A stretch of DNA of 64,000 nt, taken from IMG/VR virus record IMGVR_UViG_3300050026_000393. One strand, given 5' to 3'. The position numbers and the translations under genes are program-made. The notes beneath the pieces were generated by a model that did no database searches, was not told the origin of the DNA, and saw only the letters and a list, made by a program, of their open reading frames with translations. Origin of the DNA: an uncultured virus (IMG/VR IMGVR_UViG_3300050026_000393). Lineage: Duplodnaviria; Heunggongvirae; Uroviricota; Caudoviricetes. Below, piece after piece: positions 54,153-64,000 of the stretch (position 1 is the stretch's first letter; every line of letters begins with the position of its first letter).

Positions 54153-55537
54153 TGACTATACCTATAAATTTAGGACAAGAGGTATGTGAAACCGTTCTTC
54201 TTAATCCTTCCCCAGGGATTAAGGATGGCCAATCCGTTTCTGAAGTACTTATATCTCAACGTGCTGTAAACAAACTTGGCCAATCCGTTTCTGAAGTACT
54301 TATATCTCAACGTGCTGTAAACAAACTTGGCCAATCCGTTTCTGAAGTACTTATATCTCCTAGGTCACGTTTGTCTGTTGGGCAAAATGTTTCTGAAGTA
54401 TTATTTTCATCTGAAACTTTCCCAAAGGTAGGGCAGTCTGTATCAGAAGTAGTAATATTAAAAGAAGCCGTCCCGTCTTGTAGCCAAGTAGTCTCGGAAG
54501 TAGTTGTTGCTCGACCGTTAATTCCCTCCTTAACTTGGGATACACCTGCATTTATACTTGTAGGCACTCCTTTAAGTGCCATGCAACTAAATGCTAGTTC
54601 AAACATATCAGGAACGTTTACGTACAACCCTCCTATAGGGACTGTACTTTCGTCAGGTATAAATGTATTAACAGCCTTATTTGTCCCAACTAACCTTACA
54701 AACTGGTATTCGGAAACTATTTCAGTAAACATTTTAGTAGGTTCTGCTGTATTTACTACAACGGATTTTTCTCCTGTCAATTCTACGACTTATTGTGATG
54801 TTGTAGGGCTCTCAATGGGGTTGGAAAGACTTCCTGGAGAGACTTCTACTCGATTTTTAACCAGGGCAAGTCAAGCAATTACAGGAACTAGAGATCATTC
54901 CTATGAAGGATTAATAAATCAACTTTCTATGGAATTTAATCTTGAAATTAAGACGGGTATTTCTATAACCTATTCAGGAACTTCTTTACAATTATTTGTG
55001 GAAATAGGGCAGATTAAAGTTATAACTGAAAATGGAACTACAATAATTCCAACGGTGAATACTGCAGTAGATAATTATTGGACTTGGAAACTTTTAAGTG
55101 AGGTTATTACCTCATTAAACAACATTTCAGGGATTTCGGCAATACTTACGGGAATAGATGGGTCAGCACTTCAGTTAATTAAACAATCTAATTTGGTAAC
55201 AGTAGTAAATCAGTCTATAATGGGTCAAGATCAATTTCTTGGGCACATAAATCTAGTTTTAGGGTCAGAATCTTTTAATGTACATCCGGGGATCTATGAA
55301 TTAAATTATAATACCGGAGAAATTATATTTGAGGGAAACCCTACAAGTAATTTGATGATTACTTACCAGTGGACTGCTCCTAACTATAATTTAATTTGTG
55401 CTCCCTTTAATGTTTTTTCTCTGACAGACAAGTCTATTTCAGAAACAGGTGTTAATTCAGAAGGAATTCCTGTTTATCAAGTTCAAGAAATTTTACAAGA
55501 TATTATGAGTAATGATTTATCATACTGGGCGGTCTAA
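54152..55537 (+). CDS. Baseplate/tail protein with 17-aa repeats and MBG/Ig-like domain
   Basis: GQSVSEVL repeats; LTWDTPA.I..GTPLSAMQLNA...GTFTYNP..GTVL; GLERLPGET baseplate-wedge-like motif. Confidence 0.7.
   Translation: MTIPINLGQEVCETVLLNPSPGIKDGQSVSEVLISQRAVNKLGQSVSEVLISQRAVNKLGQSVSEVLISPRSRLSVGQNVSEVLFSSETFPKVGQSVSEVVILKEAVPSCSQVVSEVVVARPLIPSLTWDTPAFILVGTPLSAMQLNASSNISGTFTYNPPIGTVLSSGINVLTALFVPTNLTNWYSETISVNILVGSAVFTTTDFSPVNSTTYCDVVGLSMGLERLPGETSTRFLTRASQAITGTRDHSYEGLINQLSMEFNLEIKTGISITYSGTSLQLFVEIGQIKVITENGTTIIPTVNTAVDNYWTWKLLSEVITSLNNISGISAILTGIDGSALQLIKQSNLVTVVNQSIMGQDQFLGHINLVLGSESFNVHPGIYELNYNTGEIIFEGNPTSNLMITYQWTAPNYNLICAPFNVFSLTDKSISETGVNSEGIPVYQVQEILQDIMSNDLSYWAV
54227..54359 (+). 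repeat. Exact 51-bp intragenic tandem repeat, about 2.6 copies
   Basis: ggccaatccgtttctgaagtacttatatctcaacgtgctgtaaacaaactt at 54227, 54278 and partial at 54329. Confidence 0.95.
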
Positions 55538-58038
55538 TGTTAGGATTTTTTTCAGACTCGGAATTAACACATCCTGTTACGTCAGGAACTCCTAAATGTG
55601 TAGTTGTTGATGAAGATGGAAGTAGTAGGACTACTTCCATCTATCTAGGGGATCCTTATACTTGTAATATAATTAAAGGAGCTGCCGCTTATTCAACAAC
55701 ACTTATAGTAGATCAATCTTCTGAATTACTAGTTTCAGGTTCTGGTGTTATAAATCTTTCTACGGTCTCATGGACAGGGATAACTCCTGTTGACATCGGA
55801 GGGATGATGCTGACTGGAGTTACAGGGTTGCCTGCAGTTACCGCAGGCAACATCTTGTATCCTTCTACTAATTGGATATCAAATACTCCTGTTGTAATCT
55901 CTTCCTCAGGTTCTAGTTTAACTGGCGGAAATTTATTTGTATCAATAGGGGTTCCAGTAAGCAAAACAAACCCTTCTTGGGAAACTGTGTTTGGTCTTTC
56001 CTCAGGGGCATATGTTAGTAACATCTCCAGCGTTAGTTCTGGTGTTTCTAATTGTTTAAGAATAGATCTTCAAGTATCCGCCAGGCCAGGGGGACAACAA
56101 GAGTTTAGCTCTTGGGAGCTTGTTTTACTCTCTGGAGATTTATATAAAGTTAATTCTGGCGACTCGTTACCAGTTCCTAATCTGTTAACGGGAGTTTCTC
56201 CTATAGGTTATGGATATGCAAACAGGACCGCTTGTTCTTTATCGCAATTTCTAAGAATATTACCTATAAATAGGCAGGTAAGTCCAACTCTGCCGGGATT
56301 TACTATAGGTAAATACCGGTGGAGGGATGAAAACACTATAAATGCCGTTCCTCTTTCTCCTACCATTTGGGATTGTGATATTTCAACTATTCCTGATAGT
56401 AGTTTTATTTCGGGGATAGGCAATGGAAATGACCTTAAACCATTAGATTTGGTAATTAACGGAAATACCGTTAATTTAAACATTCAAAATGGAACTTACT
56501 TTGATGGCCCTAATCGATTTTATTTGCCGGGAGGAAAAGTACTTGAGTTCTTCTCTTCGTTTTCCACCACATTTTCTTTAACATATACTCCTAATTGGCC
56601 AACACCTATATATACAGGAACCTGGAAAAGAGATGATGATGGGTTTTATTCTGTTTTAACAAGTTATAGGTATAACCCGGGGATCCTAAGCACAGGTTTT
56701 GGCTCAGAGGATCAGTTTAATTTGGATAGAGTTGCAAAAACAGTTACAATCAATAATGCTCAAACGGGCGGAACAGTTATACTTGGTCAATCTTCAGGAA
56801 CAACTTTAGATAGATTCTATCTTCCAATTTACCCTATACAAACTATTACTAGTGTTTATTATTATCCAAGCGGGTCAACTACCCCTGTAGTCGTAGACTC
56901 GTGGACTCTGGCTCAAAATAAAGGACAAATAGAAATAGAAGGTATTGTAGAAAAGTATGTTGTCGTTGCTGCTACATACCTTCCGTCTTTGGCTATTTTA
57001 TATGAAACCGATACTACTCAGCGACAAATTCCTATAAATTTAAATCCGGCCTATTCAGGTATATCTTCCGGTTATCTTTATTTGGAAAACAGAGATTTAG
57101 AACCAGAGTCTGTTGTGTTATCATGTGATAAACCTGAGACAGTTACTGCGGCAACGATGGGAAGCGTTATACCCACGGTTGCCTATGGACCTGTCTTGTA
57201 TTCGGGAGATTATGCCCTTCTGTCTGCGACTGTTTACGGTTCGCTTTTAAACGAAACGGTACCAAATGTAGTCTTAGATGTAGTACCTGGAACAAGTTGG
57301 TCAGGAACTATAAACTACATAGATCCAATCGTAACACCCGTAGAGGTTATTACCAGTGCAAGTGGTGTTGTTAATATGATATACACTCCCTTGACAATTT
57401 CAGGAGGGTTATATTCTCCAACGAGTCCTGGGACCATATCGGGTTCTCCTACTGGGGGCCTTTTCACAACTAATATTACTAATGATACTCTTGTTATGCC
57501 AAAGTTAATTCCTTTAAGCGAAATTTACAACGGAAGTATTTGGAAAACAGAATTATATCTTATTTACAATGATGATCCTATATTAGGATGGGCATCATCT
57601 GGAACTCCGGGAACTTCAAATTACATGGCTAGTGGACTTAGGTTGCTTCCAGGAGATGTTAATTTTGACGCGCCGCCGACAAGAAGTTCTCCTACAACTT
57701 GGAACCAAACACCATTAACAGTATTAGACGAGAATGGTAATAATCAAAGTAGTTCGGTATTTACTGGAAATGTTGCTGCTATTGTTTACCAACAAGCAAT
57801 TCCGGAAAGTTCTATTGTTGGAGCATATTATTTAACTCTCTCTGGACAACTTGTAAGTTTACAATTAAGAGTTCACGGAACAAACATTTACTCTAACACA
57901 TTAGTATTAGAGTTAGGACAACTACCTTATCTGGGAAATAATCCTTGGTTGATTGTAAATGGGATTCTTGATACAGAAACGCCCCCAGTGTTGAAAAACG
58001 GAACTATAGGTACCTATAAATTAGGTTACCACTCATAA
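55537..58038 (+). CDS. Large baseplate/tail structural protein
   Basis: 833 aa, Ser/Thr/Gly beta-rich; TAATG coupling. Confidence 0.7.
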   Translation: MLGFFSDSELTHPVTSGTPKCVVVDEDGSSRTTSIYLGDPYTCNIIKGAAAYSTTLIVDQSSELLVSGSGVINLSTVSWTGITPVDIGGMMLTGVTGLPAVTAGNILYPSTNWISNTPVVISSSGSSLTGGNLFVSIGVPVSKTNPSWETVFGLSSGAYVSNISSVSSGVSNCLRIDLQVSARPGGQQEFSSWELVLLSGDLYKVNSGDSLPVPNLLTGVSPIGYGYANRTACSLSQFLRILPINRQVSPTLPGFTIGKYRWRDENTINAVPLSPTIWDCDISTIPDSSFISGIGNGNDLKPLDLVINGNTVNLNIQNGTYFDGPNRFYLPGGKVLEFFSSFSTTFSLTYTPNWPTPIYTGTWKRDDDGFYSVLTSYRYNPGILSTGFGSEDQFNLDRVAKTVTINNAQTGGTVILGQSSGTTLDRFYLPIYPIQTITSVYYYPSGSTTPVVVDSWTLAQNKGQIEIEGIVEKYVVVAATYLPSLAILYETDTTQRQIPINLNPAYSGISSGYLYLENRDLEPESVVLSCDKPETVTAATMGSVIPTVAYGPVLYSGDYALLSATVYGSLLNETVPNVVLDVVPGTSWSGTINYIDPIVTPVEVITSASGVVNMIYTPLTISGGLYSPTSPGTISGSPTGGLFTTNITNDTLVMPKLIPLSEIYNGSIWKTELYLIYNDDPILGWASSGTPGTSNYMASGLRLLPGDVNFDAPPTRSSPTTWNQTPLTVLDENGNNQSSSVFTGNVAAIVYQQAIPESSIVGAYYLTLSGQLVSLQLRVHGTNIYSNTLVLELGQLPYLGNNPWLIVNGILDTETPPVLKNGTIGTYKLGYHS

Positions 58039-58048
58039 AGGAATTAGA

Positions 58049-59779
58049 ATGTCATACAATCCTTCAAGATATTGTTACGTTCTTTGGGAATCTGGAAGAA
58101 CTTTAGAGGCCAGGGAACTTTTAACCTTAGAATCTATTATAAAAGGGGTAGATAGTTTAGGGAATCCTATCGCTTTTGATTTAAATGCCATCTATAACGA
58201 GGGAGCAACCTTTAATGTAAATCCTGTTATTTCTATGACTAGTGGAACGGCATCCGTACAATTTACACCTGTAACTTCTGGACAACCTATGCTTATATTT
58301 GCCAGGGGAAGATGGTGGGTGTTCATTGCAGGAGAAACTCCAAGTATAACTCTTCCTTCTTTGACTAGTAATATTTATTTAAATTGGTGGGTTGTTGATG
58401 TGTCTAATAGTACGGATGCTTCTCTAACAGATGCTTCTGGAAACGCTACCGCAGACATGGGTCAATTGTATTTACAATTGACAACAACCAACTCTTTAGC
58501 AAGTGTCTCTCCAACCCCTATAGATCAAAATATATCCCCTGCAATAGTTTTTAGTTTTATAGCAAGCGATGTGGTTTCAGTTTTGGCTCCTACTAATAGT
58601 AACACTGGGGTAAACATAAATGTTAAAAAACAGGCTCTTTCAACATCCTCACAAGCGGGACCGGTCTACCTTACCGACAATACACAAGCAAACATTACCT
58701 ATCCCGGAGTAGCTTGTTATGGTAACGATCCTCGTCTTAGTGATTCCAGGAATGTCCTTACACATGCTGTTGTAGATAAATCCGTAGATCCTGCAAATTT
58801 AGGGAGTTGGGCGGTAACTTCCCCCCCTACCTCAGAAAGTTTTTCGTACACAGGAGACAATTACGATAATATCTCTGGAGGAATTAATTCTAGTAAAGTT
58901 ATATATACGGCGGGGCTCCCTTCAAACACATCAACTGTAGCAACTGTTGACGTGTTATTAGCGAATCACCTAAATACGACTTTAGGAAATACTAACACAC
59001 ATCCATTGGTAGTAAATTCAGATAGCGCAACATTTGAGATTAAACACGCTACAGTAGATACTAATGGTGGTGATGCCTTCTTAGTACAAGGAACAGGCTC
59101 TCCGGGAACGCGGTTAGCAGCTCTAACACAAGAAGGAGACGTATATTCTTACCAGTCATCTGAAGTGACTCCTGTAGTTCCCAGAAGCGGTCCTTATACC
59201 TCGGGTACTGTGGACGGATCTGGGTGCGAAGGAACTTTAGCAGGAACAGCAACTTCTGTTGGGAATTTAAGTTCAATTGCGAGTTTGGTCTCATCTCATA
59301 TTAATCAAAATGTTAATAGTAACCCACACGGATATCCTGCTATAACAAATTTGACAGGAGATGTTACAGCGTCAGGACCGGGGTCAGCAACAACTACCCT
59401 TGCTACTGTATGTTCAACCCCAGGTTCCTACGTTGGTGCTAACGTAACTGTGAATTCCAAAGGACTGGTGACCACCGCAACTTCTGGTTTTACCCATAGT
59501 GCGAATGGATCCGGATACTGGTCTAAAGACCCTACAGGAAAGTATGAGATGTGGGGAAATGTAACATCACTTGACGCTGTAAAAGGAAACTTTTCTTTTC
59601 CAGCCACTTTTACGACTTTTGATTCCGTAACCCTTAGTGTACTTCCTTACACACAAGACGGGACACATCATGCTGCAGAAGGTTTTCCTGTAGATGTTAA
59701 TACCTTTTACGTCTGTCTATATGATTTAGATAATGATGCTGTTGCTGGAACCTTCGGGTGGATAGCTGTGGGGTATTAG
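58049..59779 (+). CDS. Tail fibre protein
   Basis: DPRLSDSR, NPHG, LTGDVTASG...VTVNSKGLVT fibre motifs; C-terminal GYW.K.PTG...MWG...FSFP.TF module. Confidence 0.75.
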   Translation: MSYNPSRYCYVLWESGRTLEARELLTLESIIKGVDSLGNPIAFDLNAIYNEGATFNVNPVISMTSGTASVQFTPVTSGQPMLIFARGRWWVFIAGETPSITLPSLTSNIYLNWWVVDVSNSTDASLTDASGNATADMGQLYLQLTTTNSLASVSPTPIDQNISPAIVFSFIASDVVSVLAPTNSNTGVNINVKKQALSTSSQAGPVYLTDNTQANITYPGVACYGNDPRLSDSRNVLTHAVVDKSVDPANLGSWAVTSPPTSESFSYTGDNYDNISGGINSSKVIYTAGLPSNTSTVATVDVLLANHLNTTLGNTNTHPLVVNSDSATFEIKHATVDTNGGDAFLVQGTGSPGTRLAALTQEGDVYSYQSSEVTPVVPRSGPYTSGTVDGSGCEGTLAGTATSVGNLSSIASLVSSHINQNVNSNPHGYPAITNLTGDVTASGPGSATTTLATVCSTPGSYVGANVTVNSKGLVTTATSGFTHSANGSGYWSKDPTGKYEMWGNVTSLDAVKGNFSFPATFTTFDSVTLSVLPYTQDGTHHAAEGFPVDVNTFYVCLYDLDNDAVAGTFGWIAVGY

Positions 59780-59781
59780 TT

Positions 59782-61359
59782 ATGTCTTTAATAGATTTAA
59801 GTTCGCCGCAAGGAATAGATAGATTTTTTTACGGACAAACCGTTCCTGAAAGAGGAACGGTTATTGCACAGATAACTTCTTCGACAATAACTCCGGCGCA
59901 GAAAGTAAGTATTGTTAATATTCCATATAATGCAGGAAATTTAAACATATGGATATATAGTAATGAAGGAAACCCTGTTCCTGACTTTACAATAGGTAAT
60001 TATAATGTATCAGTAAACATTACAGGAAGTAATTACTATGTGTTAGAAAATCAGTTTTTTGAACTTACAAACAGGTTTGATACTGATGGAAACCCTCTAT
60101 ACTACTCACACACATTTATGGTAAACTCAGAGATTATTTCTGTAGGTACTGTTACGATTTTGGATATGTTGGGAAATGTAGTAAAGACCATAACCGTCAA
60201 CTCTAACACATATCTTCATTCTATGGACGGGGCAGTTTATCAAATAAGGTATTATAATAGTACGACTGGCGTTACTGAAACGGCCTTGCTTAACTATGCC
60301 CCTGTCTTTACTAACTACACTTTTATAGGAAATGTCTTAACTGTTCCTGGCCTTATAAGTACTACGTATGCAATAAGATTTACACAGCAAAATGGTTATC
60401 AAGTTTTAACCCCCTATAATACACCTTCATATTTACCTTGGTATCCAAGAATAAGGTTTGGAGAAGGAATTCCGCCAAGAGAATATTTTCTTCAAAACTT
60501 CAATCCAATAAAACCCTATTTATTTGGTTCCTATATATCAGGAACAGTCCTTTCAGATTCTACTCAAAATTTTCCAAATGTTATAGAGTTTGACAGGCTT
60601 AAAATATATCAACCCACTGTTACGACCTATCCAGACATTTTGATTTTTGATCAGTATGGTAATTTTAAAAACGCTCTATCTGGATCTAATACGAGTTCCT
60701 CTATTAGAGGTAATCTTTATCATTGGGAAGATTTGCAAATAAACAGCATCGACGCATATAAAGCCAGAGTACAAGTAAAAGTGCCTTTAGAGACTACAGA
60801 CATTGTTTATGGCTTTTATTCGTATGAGGAAGATGATATTAATTTTACATCCTTGGATATAAATCCTATAACAAATCCTTCTATTATTAATAATATTATT
60901 TATTTTTATTATCGCCCGGGATCTGTTTATAGTTTATTTTATCAAATGTTTTCCTCGACAGGAACAGTGTCTGGGGCAACAAATGACACTTTGGCACCAC
61001 CAACATGGAATTATGTTGGAAGTGCTTGGGTACCTAGCGACTCCTCTGTTGTTTTTTCTAATGTCCAGGTTGGAAACGGATATAGTAATTCAGATTTTAC
61101 TGTAAATGACGTTAGAGTAAGAGGCGGAGGTTTAACCTCTTCAGACAAAAATATTCCTGTTTCAAATAACTTTTGGGATTGTGGCTACCTTGATGGACGT
61201 CCTTACCCTATAGGGGAAACTTTAGTAATCTATCTTCCTTTAACGTTACAAAACGTTTTAACTAAAGATCAGATTCGGGCAAAAGTTTTAAGTATTTTAC
61301 CTGAAGGTGTTTATCCTACAATAAGATATGTGGATCAAAATGGAAACGAGACTGCTTAA
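59782..61359 (+). CDS. Baseplate structural protein
   Basis: DVRVRGGGL...FWD.GY.DG.PYP...VIYLP C-terminal motif; ATG 59782 preferred over GTG 59758. Confidence 0.7.
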   Translation: MSLIDLSSPQGIDRFFYGQTVPERGTVIAQITSSTITPAQKVSIVNIPYNAGNLNIWIYSNEGNPVPDFTIGNYNVSVNITGSNYYVLENQFFELTNRFDTDGNPLYYSHTFMVNSEIISVGTVTILDMLGNVVKTITVNSNTYLHSMDGAVYQIRYYNSTTGVTETALLNYAPVFTNYTFIGNVLTVPGLISTTYAIRFTQQNGYQVLTPYNTPSYLPWYPRIRFGEGIPPREYFLQNFNPIKPYLFGSYISGTVLSDSTQNFPNVIEFDRLKIYQPTVTTYPDILIFDQYGNFKNALSGSNTSSSIRGNLYHWEDLQINSIDAYKARVQVKVPLETTDIVYGFYSYEEDDINFTSLDINPITNPSIINNIIYFYYRPGSVYSLFYQMFSSTGTVSGATNDTLAPPTWNYVGSAWVPSDSSVVFSNVQVGNGYSNSDFTVNDVRVRGGGLTSSDKNIPVSNNFWDCGYLDGRPYPIGETLVIYLPLTLQNVLTKDQIRAKVLSILPEGVYPTIRYVDQNGNETA

Positions 61360-61875
61360 ATGTCTTATTATGTAAATTGGATTCAAAATGGAATAGTTTT
61401 AACGGGGAAATCTGAAGGTACGTGGACGAACAACCCTTTAGTTTTTCCAATTAATTATCCTGGAAACTCCACACTTTCTAGTGAGGTTGTTCTCCACTCT
61501 TCTTCTTTTGTTAATACACAAAATTATAATCTTAAAAATGTTAGTTTCTATCTAACAGGATCTGATTCTTTGGCAATACAGACGATATGGCCTTATATTG
61601 GAGATACGTATACTCCAACCCGTCCTGAATTAAATGGGGGTTTTGAAATAAGTTTTGATGGGAATACGTGGATCAGGTTTAATTCAGGCATAGGTTTACA
61701 AACAAATAGGAGTACGTGGTTAACTCTATCTAGTCTATCAACAGGAAACGGTATAGATGGGTTATTAGGTCCTTTGGATACTGCAACTTTAATGTTAAGA
61801 TATGTTGTACCCTCAAATATTACTTTATATAAAGTATTAGATGTAAATTTAGCAATAAGTTTTGAAGTGGAATAG
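61360..61875 (+). CDS. Virion structural protein
   Basis: 171 aa beta-rich, abuts upstream gene. Confidence 0.7.
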   Translation: MSYYVNWIQNGIVLTGKSEGTWTNNPLVFPINYPGNSTLSSEVVLHSSSFVNTQNYNLKNVSFYLTGSDSLAIQTIWPYIGDTYTPTRPELNGGFEISFDGNTWIRFNSGIGLQTNRSTWLTLSSLSTGNGIDGLLGPLDTATLMLRYVVPSNITLYKVLDVNLAISFEVE

Positions 61876-61884
61876 AGGTTTCTT

Positions 61885-64000
61885 TTGGATCTTCTCGGAA
61901 ATTACCAAGGAACTCTAACAAAGTATCAGTTCCAAGAATTAGTTTCTTTACTACAGACCTCAATACAACAAGGTGCTTACAGTGGAGGAAACACATTCTC
62001 ACAGGCTGACCTTGAAGCCCTCCAGGCGCAAGGTCAAGCCTTTACTACACTTCCTCAGCCCTCCTCAGGACAGAGATCCTCTGACGATTGTTTTAATAAT
62101 CCGATAAACTTGTTATCAGCTCGTTTCTCTGCAATTTTGTCTGAGACCTTAAGGTTTGATCAACAACTCTCTAATTTAACATCAACCTTACAAAGTAATA
62201 CTGATCTGATTGATAAACTTATTTTTGCCGCCGAATTAAATAACTGGTTATCAATCTTACCTTACTATAAAAGTAATAAGTTTTCTTGGAGTTTTGGGTC
62301 GGGTTTTGGATTGATAAACCCTGGAAGTTATTTTTTAGATCCTCTAACTAATACTTCTTATACCCAAAGTAAACCTTTACTAATAACAACCTTTTTAGGA
62401 AACAAAAAGTTTACAGGATTAACTTGTAATTCAACGGTTACAGGCACAGTAACTACAGGTCTAAGTTGGAACTACACAGGAACAGATAAATACAGTGTTC
62501 AAAGCGGGAAAGATTGGACCAGTTTAACAGTTACAACAGGAGAACCTGTTATAACTTATACAGGTTCTCCTGTTGTTTCTCCGACTAATCCCTTTTTTAG
62601 CATAACAGGAACTTCTTTTTTTGGGAATTTACCTTTTTATGTAAAAATTAGCCATACGCCCCGGCTAAATATGTACCAAAGTTCTTCGCTTGTTGTAAAT
62701 TCACCTGTAACTATTTCTAATTATGTTGTCTCGGCAAATGATGTTTTTGTAACAGAACAAGCACCTGGTCCGAATTTATATGAGTATCCCAACTTAATAA
62801 GTTCAGAACTGCCTATAATAACTTCTACATACACACAAGGGATAGATTACACTATCACTGATAATGGGATATTTATTCCATTATCAAGTGCATTAGTGGG
62901 AGAGAATGTAAATATTCAATTTACTGAATATTTTCCCTCTTATCAGTGTTCCACAGATCAAACCCACTGGTCACCATTATTAATGTTGGATCCTTTAAGG
63001 CCGTACCAGGATAATGAATTAACTTTTATGCCTTTCTCTTTTGGGCCTGGAAATTCTTTTCCTATAACAGACGAGTCTGGGGTTCCTTCTGGTTTATGTA
63101 TTTCCTTAAATAACGCTACTACAGTAGATGATTACTTATTAACAATATACAGTTATGCTGCCCCTAACACTGTAGGAGTAAATGCTGTTCTTGAAGTTGA
63201 TTTTGGGGAGTTTCAAACACTAAACGCCTTAACAATAAATCCCTTTTGTGAATTTCCTTTAGTCTTAAAAGAAATAAATTTACAAGGACAGAGTTCTTTA
63301 GTTCAGACCAATGTTTGGACTGGGAGTACCGTCCTAGATTCAAAAACAACCTTAAGATTCCCTTTAACAATAGCATCTAAAATTTACTTATCTTTTTATC
63401 AACCAAACTATACTATAATCCAATCAGAATTAGATAGTAACAGTAATCTTCAAAGAGACATTATTCAACAATTACAAGCATCTGTTCCTTCGGCGGCCCA
63501 AATTAAGAATAATACACAGTCTAATTTACAGTTAGGATACAATTACGAGTTTGGTCTACAGGATATTATAGGACAAAACATACAAACAGAAGATGGGATA
63601 TTTAAAGCAGGTCCTTACCTCAGTTCAGGCTCGCCAGATTCGGTAATCCTGAACGCAGAGTATACAACTGCTGATATGTTGTCCATGACAAACACTCTGG
63701 TTATAAATGCTACACAAGGTAATAATTTTATAACAGTTATTTCTGGTTCAGGTTTTGAGGACGGTCAGACTATAATAGACCCTACAGGACACATTGCTAG
63801 TGGGACAAAAATAACAGGAATTTCTGGAAATACTTTAGGAATTAGTACGACAGTAAGTACCTCTCTAAATAATGCAGAAGTTAGTTTGTCTTTTGTTAAT
63901 CCTGTTGACTTTTATTTAACATATACCGCTTATGACTCAGGAAGTAATCTAATAGATTCTAATTTAACAGGAGTTCCTATTATCCCGGGCGTCCCTTTAA
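61885..64000 (+). CDS. Large structural protein, partial (runs off right edge; not in ORF track)
   Basis: TTG at 61885 after GAGG; frame read codon by codon is open to 64000 (over 700 aa). Confidence 0.85.
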   Translation, partial: MDLLGNYQGTLTKYQFQELVSLLQTSIQQGAYSGGNTFSQADLEALQAQGQAFTTLPQPSSGQRSSDDCFNNPINLLSARFSAILSETLRFDQQLSNLTSTLQSNTDLIDKLIFAAELNNWLSILPYYKSNKFSWSFGSGFGLINPGSYFLDPLTNTSYTQSKPLLITTFLGNKKFTGLTCNSTVTGTVTTGLSWNYTGTDKYSVQSGKDWTSLTVTTGEPVITYTGSPVVSPTNPFFSITGTSFFGNLPFYVKISHTPRLNMYQSSSLVVNSPVTISNYVVSANDVFVTEQAPGPNLYEYPNLISSELPIITSTYTQGIDYTITDNGIFIPLSSALVGENVNIQFTEYFPSYQCSTDQTHWSPLLMLDPLRPYQDNELTFMPFSFGPGNSFPITDESGVPSGLCISLNNATTVDDYLLTIYSYAAPNTVGVNAVLEVDFGEFQTLNALTINPFCEFPLVLKEINLQGQSSLVQTNVWTGSTVLDSKTTLRFPLTIASKIYLSFYQPNYTIIQSELDSNSNLQRDIIQQLQASVPSAAQIKNNTQSNLQLGYNYEFGLQDIIGQNIQTEDGIFKAGPYLSSGSPDSVILNAEYTTADMLSMTNTLVINATQGNNFITVISGSGFEDGQTIIDPTGHIASGTKITGISGNTLGISTTVSTSLNNAEVSLSFVNPVDFYLTYTAYDSGSNLIDSNLTGVPIIPGVPL

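Noticed and set aside
54227..54359. CRISPR-like repeats
   Set aside because: Contiguous 51-bp coding repeats with no spacers
58049..59779. Diversity-generating retroelement target
   Set aside because: No reverse transcriptase or template/variable repeat pair seen in the window
788..63376. Short - strand and nested alternative-frame ORFs in the track (e.g. 42157..42630, 47670..48209, 54307..54780)
   Set aside because: Overlap well-supported + strand genes, lack RBS and motifs; antisense shadows
815..64000. Stop-codon reassignment
   Set aside because: Genes are full length and tightly packed under the standard code; TAG and TGA act as stops
1..64000. tRNA, rRNA or self-splicing introns
   Set aside because: No cloverleaf-like spacer or interrupted core gene found by eye; a covariance-model search was not possible

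Overview
The window is almost entirely the + strand virion-morphogenesis module of a large, AT-rich (roughly 35-38% GC by eye) tailed dsDNA phage with a contractile tail. It begins with a GC-rich, divergently transcribed partial gene and a block of accessory genes (zincin-like protein, GroES, MmcB-like nuclease, HTH-metallophosphoesterase, JAB/MPN peptidase, three Gly/Ala-rich membrane proteins). These are followed by terminase, portal, prohead protease/scaffold, head decoration protein, a Com-like zinc finger, major capsid protein, neck, sheath, three tube paralogs, two tail chaperones, then baseplate and fibre genes. The main discovery is at the usual tape-measure position, which holds three abutting genes. 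The first is a 1417-aa membrane-type protein with DUF559 and degenerate SNase nuclease domains. The second is a stand-alone Clp D2 AAA+ ATPase. The third is a 1675-aa protein whose motifs, in the right order and spacing, match a fused beta/beta' two-barrel RNA polymerase (DPDGD catalytic loop) bracketed by hydrophobic anchors, i.e. a candidate injected, membrane-tethered virion RNA polymerase system. All calls are from motif reading and gene order; no database searches were run.
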